From Fimbriosthenelais zetlandica (Eukaryota), in contig OZ365112.1 in assembly GCA_977030845.1 (NCBI GenBank), positions 6,386,001 to 6,450,000 on the forward strand: a DNA stretch of 64,000 bases, read 5' to 3'. The translations under genes were made by a program, and so were the position numbers. Positions 41,301 to 53,800 of the stretch are shown one piece after another. Below the pieces are notes generated by a model. It was given only the letters and a program-made list of their open reading frames with translations. It had not been told where the DNA came from and did not search any database. Numbering within the stretch: the stretch's first letter is position 1; each line of letters begins with the position of its first letter.

Positions 41301-44300
41301 AGAACCTGTAAGGTTTTCCTGAGAGTGATGAGAAAGGGAAGGAGGGGAATGAGTGTGTGTGGGGAGAAATGGAAGCCCCTGACATTGAATATTTACATGG
41401 CTTCTACAAACACTGTTTGGCTTCGATCAGGGCTCAGTGAGGTGGTCTCTGGACTGGTCAGTGATCCAGTCTTGATCCAGCTCCCTCCTGTCTACACTAC
41501 TGACCACTGTGGGTTTAACATCTCACTACTGACCAACAGCCCAGGCCTACCTTCTGGATGGCTGCACCTCCTCTCAGAATCGACGCGTCATGCCGTGGAA
41601 TGAGAGAAAGAGGGATGGGGAAAGGGAGGTCTAAAGAAGTAGAGAGAGCATGGTCATACAGCCAGAGGCCTTGCCAGTTGAGGCCTACTGACCAAGAATC
41701 CAGAGGCAGTAGTGAATTTAGTACTATGCTAAATAATGAAGGCTCCCCAGGGTAGCCCAATACTCTGGGTAATGTCTAGCTCCTGGTAAAGAATCGCCAT
41801 TGTCAGATTTGGATTCTAGAGCCTGGACCTGGAGCAGTCGGGGTGGGGCGATGGGGTTGGGGGAGATAGAGGGTGAAAAGGGGTAGTAGTAGTTGTAGCA
41901 GCAGACATCGCCTGGGTCAGGGGGTTGAGTCTAAACACCCGAGGGGCTAACATGTCACAGTTTCATGCAACACGCCTATGACCCCACGCCAACGCCCAGA
42001 GATCGATGTCTGCCAGTCATTGGACTTGCTGTGCGTGGAGACCTACTTTCTTCAGTAGACGCTTCAATACCCACTCGGCTGACCCCAGTGCATTTGATCT
42101 GATCTATGAGGCTCTATTTTTAGCAGAGGAAGGGGATGAGTTTGCTTGTACATCTGTCGTTGCCTTTGTCATTGGTCCAGATGATCCCTTGTATAGTCTG
42201 TACTTGTGAATGCTATACCCATGACAGAGTCAGGACAGGGATTGCATATCGAGTTGCTCACCAGGCCTGCATTGACTCATGCAATGTTAGATGTGTGGAT
42301 GAGGCTGACCATTGAGGTGACAAGCAGACGCCTCTCCAGGGATGTTGGCGATCCTAATGTGGACACAACACAGAACTTTTTGTCTATATGTAATGGGCGG
42401 TGTCATTCACCTATAGGAGGTCATCAACATGCATGAAACAAGCAGGGTAAACGGATCATGGTCACATCTTATTATGTATGAAATGGAAATGTCCATATAT
42501 GCAAGCATCACCTTTCTGCGCTTTCTGTAATTTACACAGCAATTATTTTTCTATCAGGGCTTCTGATCTCTAGTCACTATGTTAAACTTCTTTAACTTTG
42601 CACCTTAATATTATAGGTACATCCGGGCTCCCATGTCCCATGTAAGAACCAGATAACATAATGTTATTGTCTGAAGAAGGTCTACTTCAATTCGCCGTTT
42701 TCTCTGGAAACATTTGGCTTAGACTCTTTATGAATCCATCGTCAGGTCAATGGTTTAAGTAAACATCATTGACTAAACCTGCTTGAATTCAATAGAGAAG
42801 ATCAGAGACATTAATATGATTAAGGAATTAGTTTGAGGCCCAATCCAGATGACACCCAGTCAGTGATGTTTCCGGTTATTCCCTAATTTCCCCTGTGCAG
42901 CATTTTTCAGGCTAATGAAACCAGCTCTGCTTAAAGCTTATTGTTCACGAGGAATGGGATTATTCCGGACAGAAATTAATAAGCATTTAACTGTCCAAAT
43001 GTGTGCTAATTCGCAAGGTGGAAAAATATTTTCAATTGCTCCAACGTAACGGATTTCCTCTTTGCTTAAAATGAACATTTAAATTATAATGTGTTCTATT
43101 ATGTCTGGTTGTGTTGGGCAGTGAACCAGAAGGCGCTAATTGAAGCGAGGTCATGTAATATATTACATAATGATATTTCAAAGGGCATTTCGGACACAGA
43201 TTGGTGTATAATTAGTAGGGTTTATATTCTGCGTTAATCCCAATCTCGATTACTGTTATAGTCCAGGCATACCGCTGGGAGCCTGAAAGAATCGATCCCC
43301 TACGTTGGTTGAATGGTAACAGGAATGCCATGGTATATGTACACCAATGTAGGCCAGTCTTTGACCCAGGTATTATTTAATGTGGGCAATAGCCAGCTAG
43401 TTGCTGGACAATTTATATGTACAATAGCCCCATCTGAGACAAGATCTATGGTTAGTTCTCAAGATTATAATTCCCGTATTAGAGGGAAATCAAACTGAAC
43501 AAAGGAATGAAGGCGGGATTGGAGAATGTATTAAACATGAGATGGGATCGGGGAGGAATTGAGGGGGCGATTCTGATTGATTTCTTTTTGAGGAGTAATT
43601 GTGTGGAAATCATCCTAGAAAAAAAGGCGGCTTAAAACAGTGGAAAATGTGTCAGTATTGATCAATCACTCCCTCTAGTCTTAACGAAGAGAAACATGTT
43701 TGATCTGTTAATAATTAAGATTAAGGCTACACTAACTCACCTCAACCTCCGCGAAAAAATATCTAACTGTTTTGTTAGGTCTAAAAATTCACTCGTTTTG
43801 CACCAGGCCACGTTTCCAGTGCAAAGTTTTGTTTGTTTCCATTCTTACCTCAAGGACCTTCGATTTTGGGAGATAGATCCTGATAACCGATATAATTATA
43901 GGTAACACTTATATAATCGATAATCTGAGGGTAATTTCTGCATGGCACTGCCAAGCTTATGAATGGCAGGGCTCCTCTATATTAGGCATTTTCCCGATAT
44001 GCCTTCAACATGAACAATTACCATTAACACTCGGAACCCGACAGGCCTGGGGATGAGAGAGAGAAAAACGAGGACTGTAATTATGGAGTGCTTCAAAGCA
44101 GCCTGTACAATAGGCATTGGTAATGAATATTTCCAGGACAACAAGCTGTACTCCCCATTAGTATAATGGCCTCTGGTCTAGTTTTCCTCACAGTTCAGGA
44201 CAGATATAGATAATCATTAAGTACATTCCTCTCAGTCCTCCTTGCCACTTTCAGTCAGTATTGTTCATTATAACCACCGTATATACCACCATTGTAGTGA

Positions 44301-46122
44301 CAAAAGCAATAATTATTCTATACGTGTCATAATCCCATAAAGAATTAACATCCTGCTAAAAGATGTGTCTGTACTGCTCACGAATGAAAATACCACAAAA
44401 AAGAAATGACAGGGAAAATGGCGGAAATTTTACAATTCAAAGTCACGCAGTAGCAGGAAAAACCGCCGGCTGCAGAACAAATACGTTAAAACTATTTTCA
44501 GATCCACTGTACAACAAAATTGGACACGCTATCTAATTTGGATTATTTGGAAGTCAGTAAAACAGATTTCATCAAACACATTTCTATACATTCACCAGTA
44601 TTAGCAATTTAATATACAGGAATCTGAATAATATGAGTAATTCTCTCCTACAAACAAAATCCCGTAAAATAAATACATATCTGAGAAATGTAATGGTCGA
44701 TTTTTTATGCACTGCACCAAGTCAATTTATTCAAGCCTGCCGAGAAGGGACCAACGACTTTTTTCTCGACATGCAAATATTGAATGTGTTGGCCAGTACA
44801 GGTGCATTGTAATTGCTGTCTTTTTGGATGACAAATGCATGGACACCATGTTCCTGAGTTTACTTTCAAATCATTCAATGTTACTCTCCAATAGACACAA
44901 CACTGCAATATCTACATTGAAATGTAGTTCCAGTTACTATAATGTAAAACAATTTAGTTTCTAGGTCATATAAAATCATTTTGGTCAACAAAAGAAATCA
45001 AGAGGTCACAATTACCGAAAAAGGTCTGTTTTTATGTATGGAATTATTGGATATTTTAGTAGTGTACAGAAATATCACAACACATTATATATTAAAACAT
45101 GGTCTAGGGGGGGATCTACATTGAGACGAGGAGAGATATCTTACCGTGGTGCTTGGGGTCCTTCCCGGGCCCGCTACCCATGCTCCAAGCTGTCCACCAG
45201 AGCGGCAGGAAAAAGAAGGCTCGAAGACCATGGTATGTCATGCCTCGTCTTATACAGACCCAGGGTCTGTAGCCAACACAGAGCTGAAGACAATGAGGAT
45301 GACTGGACCCTCCTTTCTTTATGAACGTCACAATCTAACACAGTCCTACCACCACGTCGTGCAGCAGGACGTTTTCCCCAGCTCTCATTGCCATTTCCTT
45401 GTATATAAATGTTCAACTATTTTTCCTCACAAATATACTTTTCACTAAAGAGCAGCGCTTGAACTAAAAATCTAGGCAGGCTGGTAGTTCACAGATGTAA
45501 AGTGTCAGGGAGAGGTAAGGTTATTTTTACATCTCGGTATGTGGCTTCAATATAATTGATTATGCTTGTCAATATGCGTGTACTACCTGTGGGCATGTAG
45601 TAAATGCTAGTAAAGACATGAGGCTTGCTCAATTCAAATCAACACCGGCGATATTCTCGCCCAACTTGCACTACGCTTCCCCGTCTAACGGGTGGGAGAT
45701 TTTAGATATAGAAAAATCCCCCCTTTCTTATTTACAAAGGCATTTTCTGACTATATCGTCTCTTTAGAATAAGAGTTTGCAAGTTTCCAACTTTGTGATA
45801 AGGCTACGATGACGAAATTGATAAAATGATAATTCTCGTGCTGGTTTGGAGCGGTTTGTGACATGCATGTCACATGGTATGAAGTGCCCGTGTTCTCTCC
45901 TCGCGGGGGACCGGCGAATTGTAACGCAGCGTAAGTTCCTCCGTCAGTGGGGACACTGGTGAGACTAATGATGATGAGAAGAAGGAGATGGAGGTAGGTG
46001 GGGAGGAGGAGGAGGCATAGGACTAACAGAGCTGTGACAGGTGTGCTACAGTCCCTCTAAGAAAACTGAAGTAGAGAGTGCTGCTCAGGCACAGTCCGAT
46101 AAGGCAAGATGATGAAAAGCAA

Positions 46123-46273
46123 GAGGAGGAGGAGGTAGTTGTAGTGACTGGGGGGTTAGGAGGGGAGGGGATGGGTCCAACTGCCTCCAATTGCCTCCCA
46201 CAAACAACAGTGGAAAATAGTGGAGGTGGAGGAGAATGGGGAGGGGGAGGAGGAGGAGGAGGTGGTGGGGGAG
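46123..46273 (+). repeat. GGA/GGT-rich low-complexity tract
   Basis: (GAG)n and (GGA)n runs and G-tracts. These account for the poly-Gly and poly-Pro ORF artefacts 46078..46281 and 46023..46400. Confidence 0.85.
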
Positions 46274-46807
46274 AAGTATAGAGGCAATGTGTCAGCCGCC
46301 AAGTGAGAAGACTTGCCACCAATGGCACTAGTGCCAACACAAATGATTCTCCGAAGAGGTAGCTGAGTCCTCTCCTGCAGCAACCTCGTAGGATGGTCAA
46401 AGTAGAAATGTTCCTTCAGAGTGCAATCGCATCCTTGTTGAACCCTCCTCAGTTAGCTGGGTCTGACAGAAAGACAACCACTAAGTTTGGAGGAAGAAAG
46501 TCGCGTTTCCTGTCCCGTTCCCTGAGCAGGTCCCGTACGCTCCAATGGTTGAGGCTTGAAGCTAATGATGCTTACCTCTCCTCAGAACAACAAAATGTCT
46601 CTTCTTCCAGGGAGAGTAGCTGAGCATGGCTGCGATGCCCTCCCACTACTCTTATTGCTGTCTCCCTGATGAAAGCGGCTTCTCCTAATGCTGCTGTCCA
46701 TGGAACAGCAGTATGACAAGGACGGAGCGCAGCTCGCTTCAGCTTTGCCTCCCTTCTCAACCAGCGGCCTCAGCCTCAGCAACTGCTAACGCCCCTCTTG
46801 GCTTGAG

Positions 46808-46855
46808 GTGCTGCTGCCACTACTAGTACTGCTGCTGCAACTGCTGCTGCTCTTC
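46808..46855 (-). repeat. Decayed (CAG)n trinucleotide repeat
   Basis: Minus strand reads GAA GAG CAG CAG CAG TTG CAG CAG CAG TAC TAG TAG TGG CAG CAG CAC. Confidence 0.75.
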
Positions 46856-49800
46856 TCTTCAGGCCGGGCCGCGATTGTAAGGCTAATTTGTTGTCGATCA
46901 GAATGAAGTTAGTGATCTGGCCCGTGCGCGCCTCTGATGGCCGCTACTGCAGCAAGCTTCAGGCTTGTGGGGGATGGGTGGGAGGTATTTAGATGGGTGG
47001 ATGTTGGGGGGGCTCCTGGATAGCTTGAGTAACACAAAACAGGCCCCACTCACATCAGGCTCGCTGCTTAATTGGCCACGAATCAGTCTCAGCAATGAAA
47101 AGCCAGCTCATTATCACTTTTGCAACAGCGACTTCCTGTTCATCCTTCCCCTCCTCCACAAACAGATATCCTTCCGACTAGCAATGTTAAGTACAGTTCC
47201 TGCAGGTGACCTTCTCCCTGCCTCCCCAAAGGGGAATGAAGCAGTTTAAAAAGTTGTCCACATATTAAAAAGTTTCTTGAGTGGGAAGAGAAGGGGTTGA
47301 GCTTGAGGAAGCTTTGGCCCTCAAGTTTTTCTCTTCCCACTTCTGCCAGCTACTCTAGTGAAAAGTCAGGATCCGCAATCCAGAATGAGACCTTATATGT
47401 TCATAAGGCAAATGGCACGACTTGTGTATAGGTATGCAACCGGCCTATTCGAATCTCCGCCACAGAATGGGGGGACCGATCCAACGATTGACTGAACGCC
47501 TGTCTGAGCAAGCTTTGAGCAGAGACTGTGCACAAGGCCACTAGGAGGCATTGCTGGTCATAGCCATATTACAACAACTAGACTGGCCACAACAAACCAG
47601 CTGCTCCTCACCTCCATCTGCTGCCTTCACCAGCTGCTCATGCAGCTGGAACTAGCTTCTGTGGCTGCTGAAACCATCTCTGGTTTCCATGAGCCATCTG
47701 CCAAATTCCCTGCCATCTGCCGCACTTGCGCATTCACTGAGAGATGTGGGACAGAGAAAGAAGGGGGAGAGAAGAAAGAAAGAGGAGAGAGGTAGAGAGA
47801 GGAAGATTAGGAGAGTGAGGTGGCTTTAGTTTCTGTCACTAGCACAGTGTGGTGCTTGCCTAAGCTGCGACCTGTCCCCAAGCTAACAGCGGTACTGCAT
47901 GGGCCGATGGCGCCCCCACAACCGTCGGCATCGAGTTCAGTTTGGCTACAAATTAGCTTGACAGAATCATTTCCGTGGATGACAATAAAGTGCTTTTTGA
48001 GAGGCAGGCAACATGTTGACCATCCTGAGCATTCTCTTAGTTCTGTCCACCACACCGTTGTGGGAAAGGGTGGCCTTTTTCTGCTTGCTATGCCCCTTTG
48101 CTTTATTAGGTGGCAGGTTTCATTTTGGAAACTGACCAGTATCCCGGCATGCCATCATCCTGATACTAACCAGTCCAATGCTAATCTGGTGTCCAATATC
48201 ATTACTAAAGGCCATGGGTCGATGTGCAAGTGGGCGGGTTGTCATTATGGGTATTACAGTATTACAGACACTACACTGACCAGCGGTCATGTCAGCCAGA
48301 GCCCACTGGGTTTGGTACTACTTTTCCAAGAGGACACTTTGCCATTTTCAGAGTACTTAGCTTTGACATAAAACAACACGACTCGTATTGTTCTAATGAC
48401 ATTGGGTTTCTTTTTCAGGAAACGACCCAGTACAAGTTGTACACTAGGTACATGTATATATGATTTTTAAGTGTCATTGGCAAAGGTCATACACATCCTT
48501 TTGAGTGAAATCTTTGTGAAAACCTAAATAAACTATCCCAGAAGCTAATAATGATTATCTTAAAGTGGCAGGAGTTCAATTTGCTTTGGCATGAATGAAT
48601 GGTAGTTTAAATACTAAGCTGGCAACTTGATCATGGCGGCCATTCACCCCTAAATCCTAGCCTTCATAAGTGTGTTTGGGACTAATATAGTAATTAAATG
48701 GATACAAATGTTCGGCAAGAAACTAACTCCCATTTCCATTACTAGCTCCCTGATCCAGAAGTGATCCAAAAATAGCTCCCTATTAGGTGGCAAGAGCAAT
48801 TGAAGTTTGTCGCAAAAGGCGGTCTCCTGCGAGAAAAAGCAGTGGAGTGGCTTTTTTCTGCTGGCGATGGCATCTGCACCTGAAGAGGGCCCTTTCTTGT
48901 GAGCCATTTCCAGCAAGAACTTTCTCTCAGCCAGTGATACAATTAAAACAAGTTCACCAGCTAGCATCCTGCCATCTCCTCCTTCTCATGCCTCTTGAAG
49001 CCCTTACCCAGAAAGCTCCAGTCTCTCAGAGCCTTGACTCGTCCCTTCTGTCAAGCACAGATGTACTAATGCAAGATATGGAGGGATTTCATTTTTACAG
49101 CAATTATCTTGCCACTGGATCAGCATGTACAGGTAAAGAGGGCATTAGCTGATGGGGCAGAAACCGACTTTTTAAAGAAGTAACATGCGAGAAGGAAGGA
49201 AATGGAGATCTAACAGCAATTGCCTTAGAGGGACCCCTGGCTGAAATCCATTTGGGTCAATGGAATTTTAAGTCTCTTCAATGAAGGCATGCCACACAGT
49301 CGGTTAGCCTTAACGCCCCTGTATCCTTGACCAGTCAGGCTCTTGCCTGGTGGACATTTAATCATGTTTTTATGTATGAAATATATCCATCAACATGCGG
49401 TAGCTATGAAATTGTGCCCATCCTGGATTGCACATTTTCTCAGTGTTTATCTAGTTTGTTCTCCCTAGTGGAAAAAAGGTTCCTATCTTGGTTGGAATCA
49501 CTCATCCTGTGCCTGCTACATCTATTGGCCAAGCTGTCTCCACAAGACAGCTCCCATGCAACAATGACACATTTGACAAGTTGCCCTCCATCGAGGGGTC
49601 ACTTAGGCACGACGTAATTATATGTATAATTCTGTCTAAAGTAATCAGTCCATCCAATTAATTGAAGATTATCCTTGGGGAGGGCCACCGAGGCAGAAGG
49701 GAATTTGAGGAAAGCCAGCGAAGGGGCAGTGGAGGGGAACGGATGGTGGCCAACGGAGCGTGAAGCGTGTGGGCTTTTAGGTGGGCCGAGAGCTTGACCC

Positions 49801-51430
49801 AAGAGATTGCCCGCCAGGCAACTCGCCTCGTCTTTTCACAAGCATTTCCTATTGGAGAAGACACTGCAGGAGTCGCTCATCACTGCCCATATAGGCTCAT
49901 ATCACCAGAGGATGGGCTGTGACTGTATAGGGGGATAGATATTGAGGGAAATGGAGGAACCCTCCGACCATCCCCCCTCTATCCTTTGCCCCCTTTCTAC
50001 CCTTTCACCTTGCCTTTCACTCTTGTTACCAATACCGATTTCCAAATTTTTTCTCCCATTTTCGCAAGGCAGTGCAATCAGGCGATGGATCGATCATGTG
50101 ATATCGGATCGGAAGTCGTCGTGCCCCTATAGGGGTCAGTGGGAACTTGAGGTCATCCATGATCATTCTCGTGGACTGTGAGAATCGTTACGCGGCGGCC
50201 TCTTGTGAGGATACCGGGTATTAGGAAGGGGGCTCGGCCATAGCTATCTAACGCAGAAAAGCTGGAAATTCCCAAATCCATTCCTCCTGATCTCGGGCAG
50301 TGGGAGGCTACCCATATTTCTGCATCACAGGAATCAGAGTCACATGCACAGACCGTTGAATAAGTGCATGAATAGTCAATAGGACGAAGAGAAGGTTTGG
50401 GACCTTGAGATATAACTCGGATCGATGGCAGGCATGACAGTGGACCTGAGATCGGTAAAATTTAAATCAGAAGAACACAAATACAAGGGTCCATTTCAAT
50501 CCACTTCTGGCAAATCCAGTTTTGTGCACAATGCTGATTTAATTCTGATGGTGTTTTAAGTTTTGCATCACGCCTGTTTGAATGATGGTTGGGTGGAGCC
50601 AGCATCGCTGTACCAACGACATTTGCTTCAGATCTGAGTGATTATTTTTTTTTAGTTTAAAAAAGTGATTTTCATTAGATTAAGTAACAGGCAACCCACA
50701 AACCCCCAAATTAGATATTCCAGTGTGTAATTGATAGGGGGATTAATGATGGAGCTAAAATCAATGACGGTAAGAAAGGCGTCGGTGAGACCGCTCTCGC
50801 CAAACAGTATACAAGCTTTCGCTACGCGTCTCTCGATCCAAAGTGAGCGATGTCAAAATCTAATTTCAAAGTTATCAGCAAATCCAATCACCAGGCTGGT
50901 CTAATTGGCATTCTGAGTATACAGCAACTGATAGCTACGCCGAAAAGATTCATCCTCTCATTCAGTCCCTATTTGCTCAGCGGAATCCTATTCACCACAT
51001 TTGCATATCCCACTTACATATGATTAATGACATTAAGTCGTATATATATAGCATTTTAGCTTAATTGTAAATGTGTTATGATATAGTTCTGATGCGATCA
51101 ATTCAGATTACTGGAGAGTATAATAATTGAATCAGAAGAGTCTTGCTGTCTGATTTGGTCTTGCTGCCAGGAACCGACTGCACAGCGAAAACATAAATTG
51201 CTTGCATTTGGCACAGGGGATGAGCCAGCTGGTACTATAGGTATTATAGTAATTCATTGAGCTTCATATGTTCATTAATTTTTCATGGTTACTCTCTGTG
51301 TGGTTCAGAATGTTGTACAAGTGTGAGCTAGTGTCCAAAAACCAGTTATGGACAACCAAGGACATAACCCGATAGACTTTCTCAAAGTCTTGCTGTAAGT
51401 TTTCTGCCCAGTTCTGGAGACAGGGGGCGC

Positions 51431-51432
<2 letters not shown>

Positions 51433-51469
<37 letters not shown>

Positions 51470-51470
51470 G
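51433..51470 (+). repeat. (AGAC)9 microsatellite
   Basis: Nine perfect AGAC units plus AG. Confidence 0.97.
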
Positions 51471-53749
51471 GAGAGGGGAATGTAGAGAAATACCTTGTCA
51501 ATAGATCGATGGCTTTATTTTGGGATAATCACGTGAATGACTCGTGAGAGGGGGACCCCTTTGCGTAACTCTGACGTCACACGGACGCCCAAATTAACTT
51601 TCATAGGCCAGCTTGCCAGAAGTTCCTCCTGTTCAATGTAGATTCATTCCATCCAAATGATCAGCTCCTTTGTTACCTGGTTATCAATTAAACATCGATT
51701 CTGTTGGATATTAGGTTAGGTCACGGTATGTTCTTTTTGACAAGGACTATAGGGTTCGGCCAGTTTCTAAGAGCTTGGCTGGGATTATTTTCTATTGGCT
51801 ATCAAGGGACGTACCTTCTTTAATTTAATAGTATCCTTTTCTATAAAAGCACGCAGCTTGTGGCTAGCATTTAATCAGGAAGACGATACCACAATAGATT
51901 CATTGTATGAAGTTGGTATCCAGGGGCTGTTGAAAACTATTTGGACGGTTTTTGTGCGTGTTTTTTTGTATTGTGAAGCATACTTTTTGAAGAAATTCGA
52001 GGAGAGGCATGTAGATATCAAGTGTGTAAATTCACTACAGGCAAAGCTAGTAAAACGCTCATAAAATTATGATGGGAAATCGGACATGGCTAGTCGTAGG
52101 CAATAGCAAGTGGAGTGGAAGAGGCATTGAGTACATCAAACGATTGATAGATTATCGATGGATCCATACAAATAGCCACACAGGGACCAGATAGGTGGCT
52201 GAGTCAGTGGGTGAGTGGGTGTGTCAGGTAGCTATTTTGGGTGGAAACATGTGTAGGTGAAGGTGAAGCGAGACAGGGACGCTTTCTGCCGGTTTAGGCA
52301 ATGAGTCAGGAAAAATCATCGGGAAATGAGGGGCAGACAGTTTCCCATAGAAGGTCCAATGAAGCTGTTTACAGAAATTGGTTAGAGCAAAGAGTAAAGG
52401 TTAAAGTTCTAATCATGTGTACTACTCCTGGACTAGTGAAACTGCTACCACTTTTATTTGTACTACAGCTTATTATTGAAAAGAAAACTAAAAGATTAAT
52501 TTATTGTCTCCAAATTAGATGTCCCTTGTACAGTGCTTTCTCAAGGGGGAGAAGAAAGGAAAAAAGAGCAAAGCGAATTGCAGAATCACGTATATATATA
52601 GTATAGGGAAAGGGAAAAAGATGAGCGATAATATAGAGATGGCAGTGAGTGAGGGGTGGGGATGAGGGTATAGAGAGGGGAGTATAGTATGATAGGATGG
52701 TATGTGTGGGGGAAGGAGATTTGAGTGGAGGGGAGCATCATGGTTCAATCTGGGTTAACTACACCCGTGAAGCACATTTGCTCTGCAGTGCCAACACTGT
52801 CAGCTCCTGAGTGGATGTCCCAAACGGAGTTGACAACATGCCCGCTATTTAATTACCCCCGTCTCATAAAAATGCATCGATTTTGCCACATGATTTATGA
52901 GCCTCTGCTGGGCTTTGGATGATCGGCGGATCTCTGCAATAATCTCAGCTCCCCCCTTGAGTCTATTCCCCAGGTTGCCAACACCCCCCCGGCCCCCACA
53001 TTCCGTCACCCACAACACTGTGGCCATACTGTCTCCGAACCATAATTTACTCCTATCAGACTTGCTTAATAGAGCAAGTCTGATAAGTTGTGGTGTTCAT
53101 AGTTTAACCAATACCCTGGGACTGAAGTGATGTAACGCTAGGGGCTGAGATGGAAGTGGCCATATGCTTATTGATGGTGTCTATTTTTCTTAGGACACAA
53201 TGCATAAAGTCTATCTATGCTATAATTGTATGGGAACAAAGATCTGAACAAACCTATTCGTGAATCATAATAAATCGAAATTCAGATCTGGGACGAGCCT
53301 TATAAATGTCTTTCGTTCCTCAAATCGCATGGGTACAAGATTTCTGTTTGGGGCGCGCTCAGTCAGACAGGCGTTTTCCATAGGTTAAATAGCACCATGA
53401 TCAAGTAATACGTACGTCACAATACTGGACGCTTCCAAATGTTATCACACATCTAGCTTTATGATTCGCTGAACCATCAATATCATTACAGCCAACTGGC
53501 TGCATCATATATCAAGCCAGAAATAACTGGGCCCCTAGAGCCTCCGCCCTCCAATTATATGCCCCACTCATTGATGGAATAGGAATGGAACTGACAACCC
53601 AAATCTTTGTCCCAGATTATAAGTATAACATAGTGGTTTGCCGTTGACCTTGCTCTGATCCACCCATCCGTTTTTCACCAACGCATGGCTTTATATTCGC
53701 GGCTTCTTTAACCATGCACATGTGCACAAATATATACACACAGGAACAG

Positions 53750-53800
53750 CACGTGACCGTGAATGCGCATGCGCACAGCAACATGCAGAAGCCACTTCCG
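53750..53800. promoter_or_regulatory. E-box / NRF1-like / ETS-like motif cluster
   Basis: CACGTG 53750-53755, TGCGCATGCGCA 53764-53775, CACTTCCG 53793-53800. No associated gene identified. Confidence 0.25.

Noticed and set aside
42405-42440. FMHVDDLL on the - strand resembling the RT YVDD motif
   Set aside because: Isolated; flanked by stops and no other RT motifs in any frame.
45857-45874. Perfect 18-bp palindrome TGTGACATGCATGTCACA
   Set aside because: The chance expectation is a sizeable fraction of one per window; no supporting context.
46023-46400. Poly-Pro / poly-Gly ORFs
   Set aside because: Produced by GGA/GGT low-complexity DNA; both strands are open for compositional reasons.
48000-48200. 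Minus-strand peptide ...RDTGQF...HNGVVDRTKRML resembling the copia integrase NGVAER motif
   Set aside because: Catalytic Glu absent, D-to-E spacing about 4 residues short, internal stop, and no flanking integrase or RT motifs.
47820-48371. Longest ORF (183 aa, +)
   Set aside because: No recognisable domain, no codon bias, non-ATG start; length is compatible with chance in this much sequence.
48806-48850. TTTGTCGCA...AGCAGTGGAGT resembling the right arm of MITE family A
   Set aside because: Only two short matches, no terminal CCCGGCT, no partner arm or TSD.
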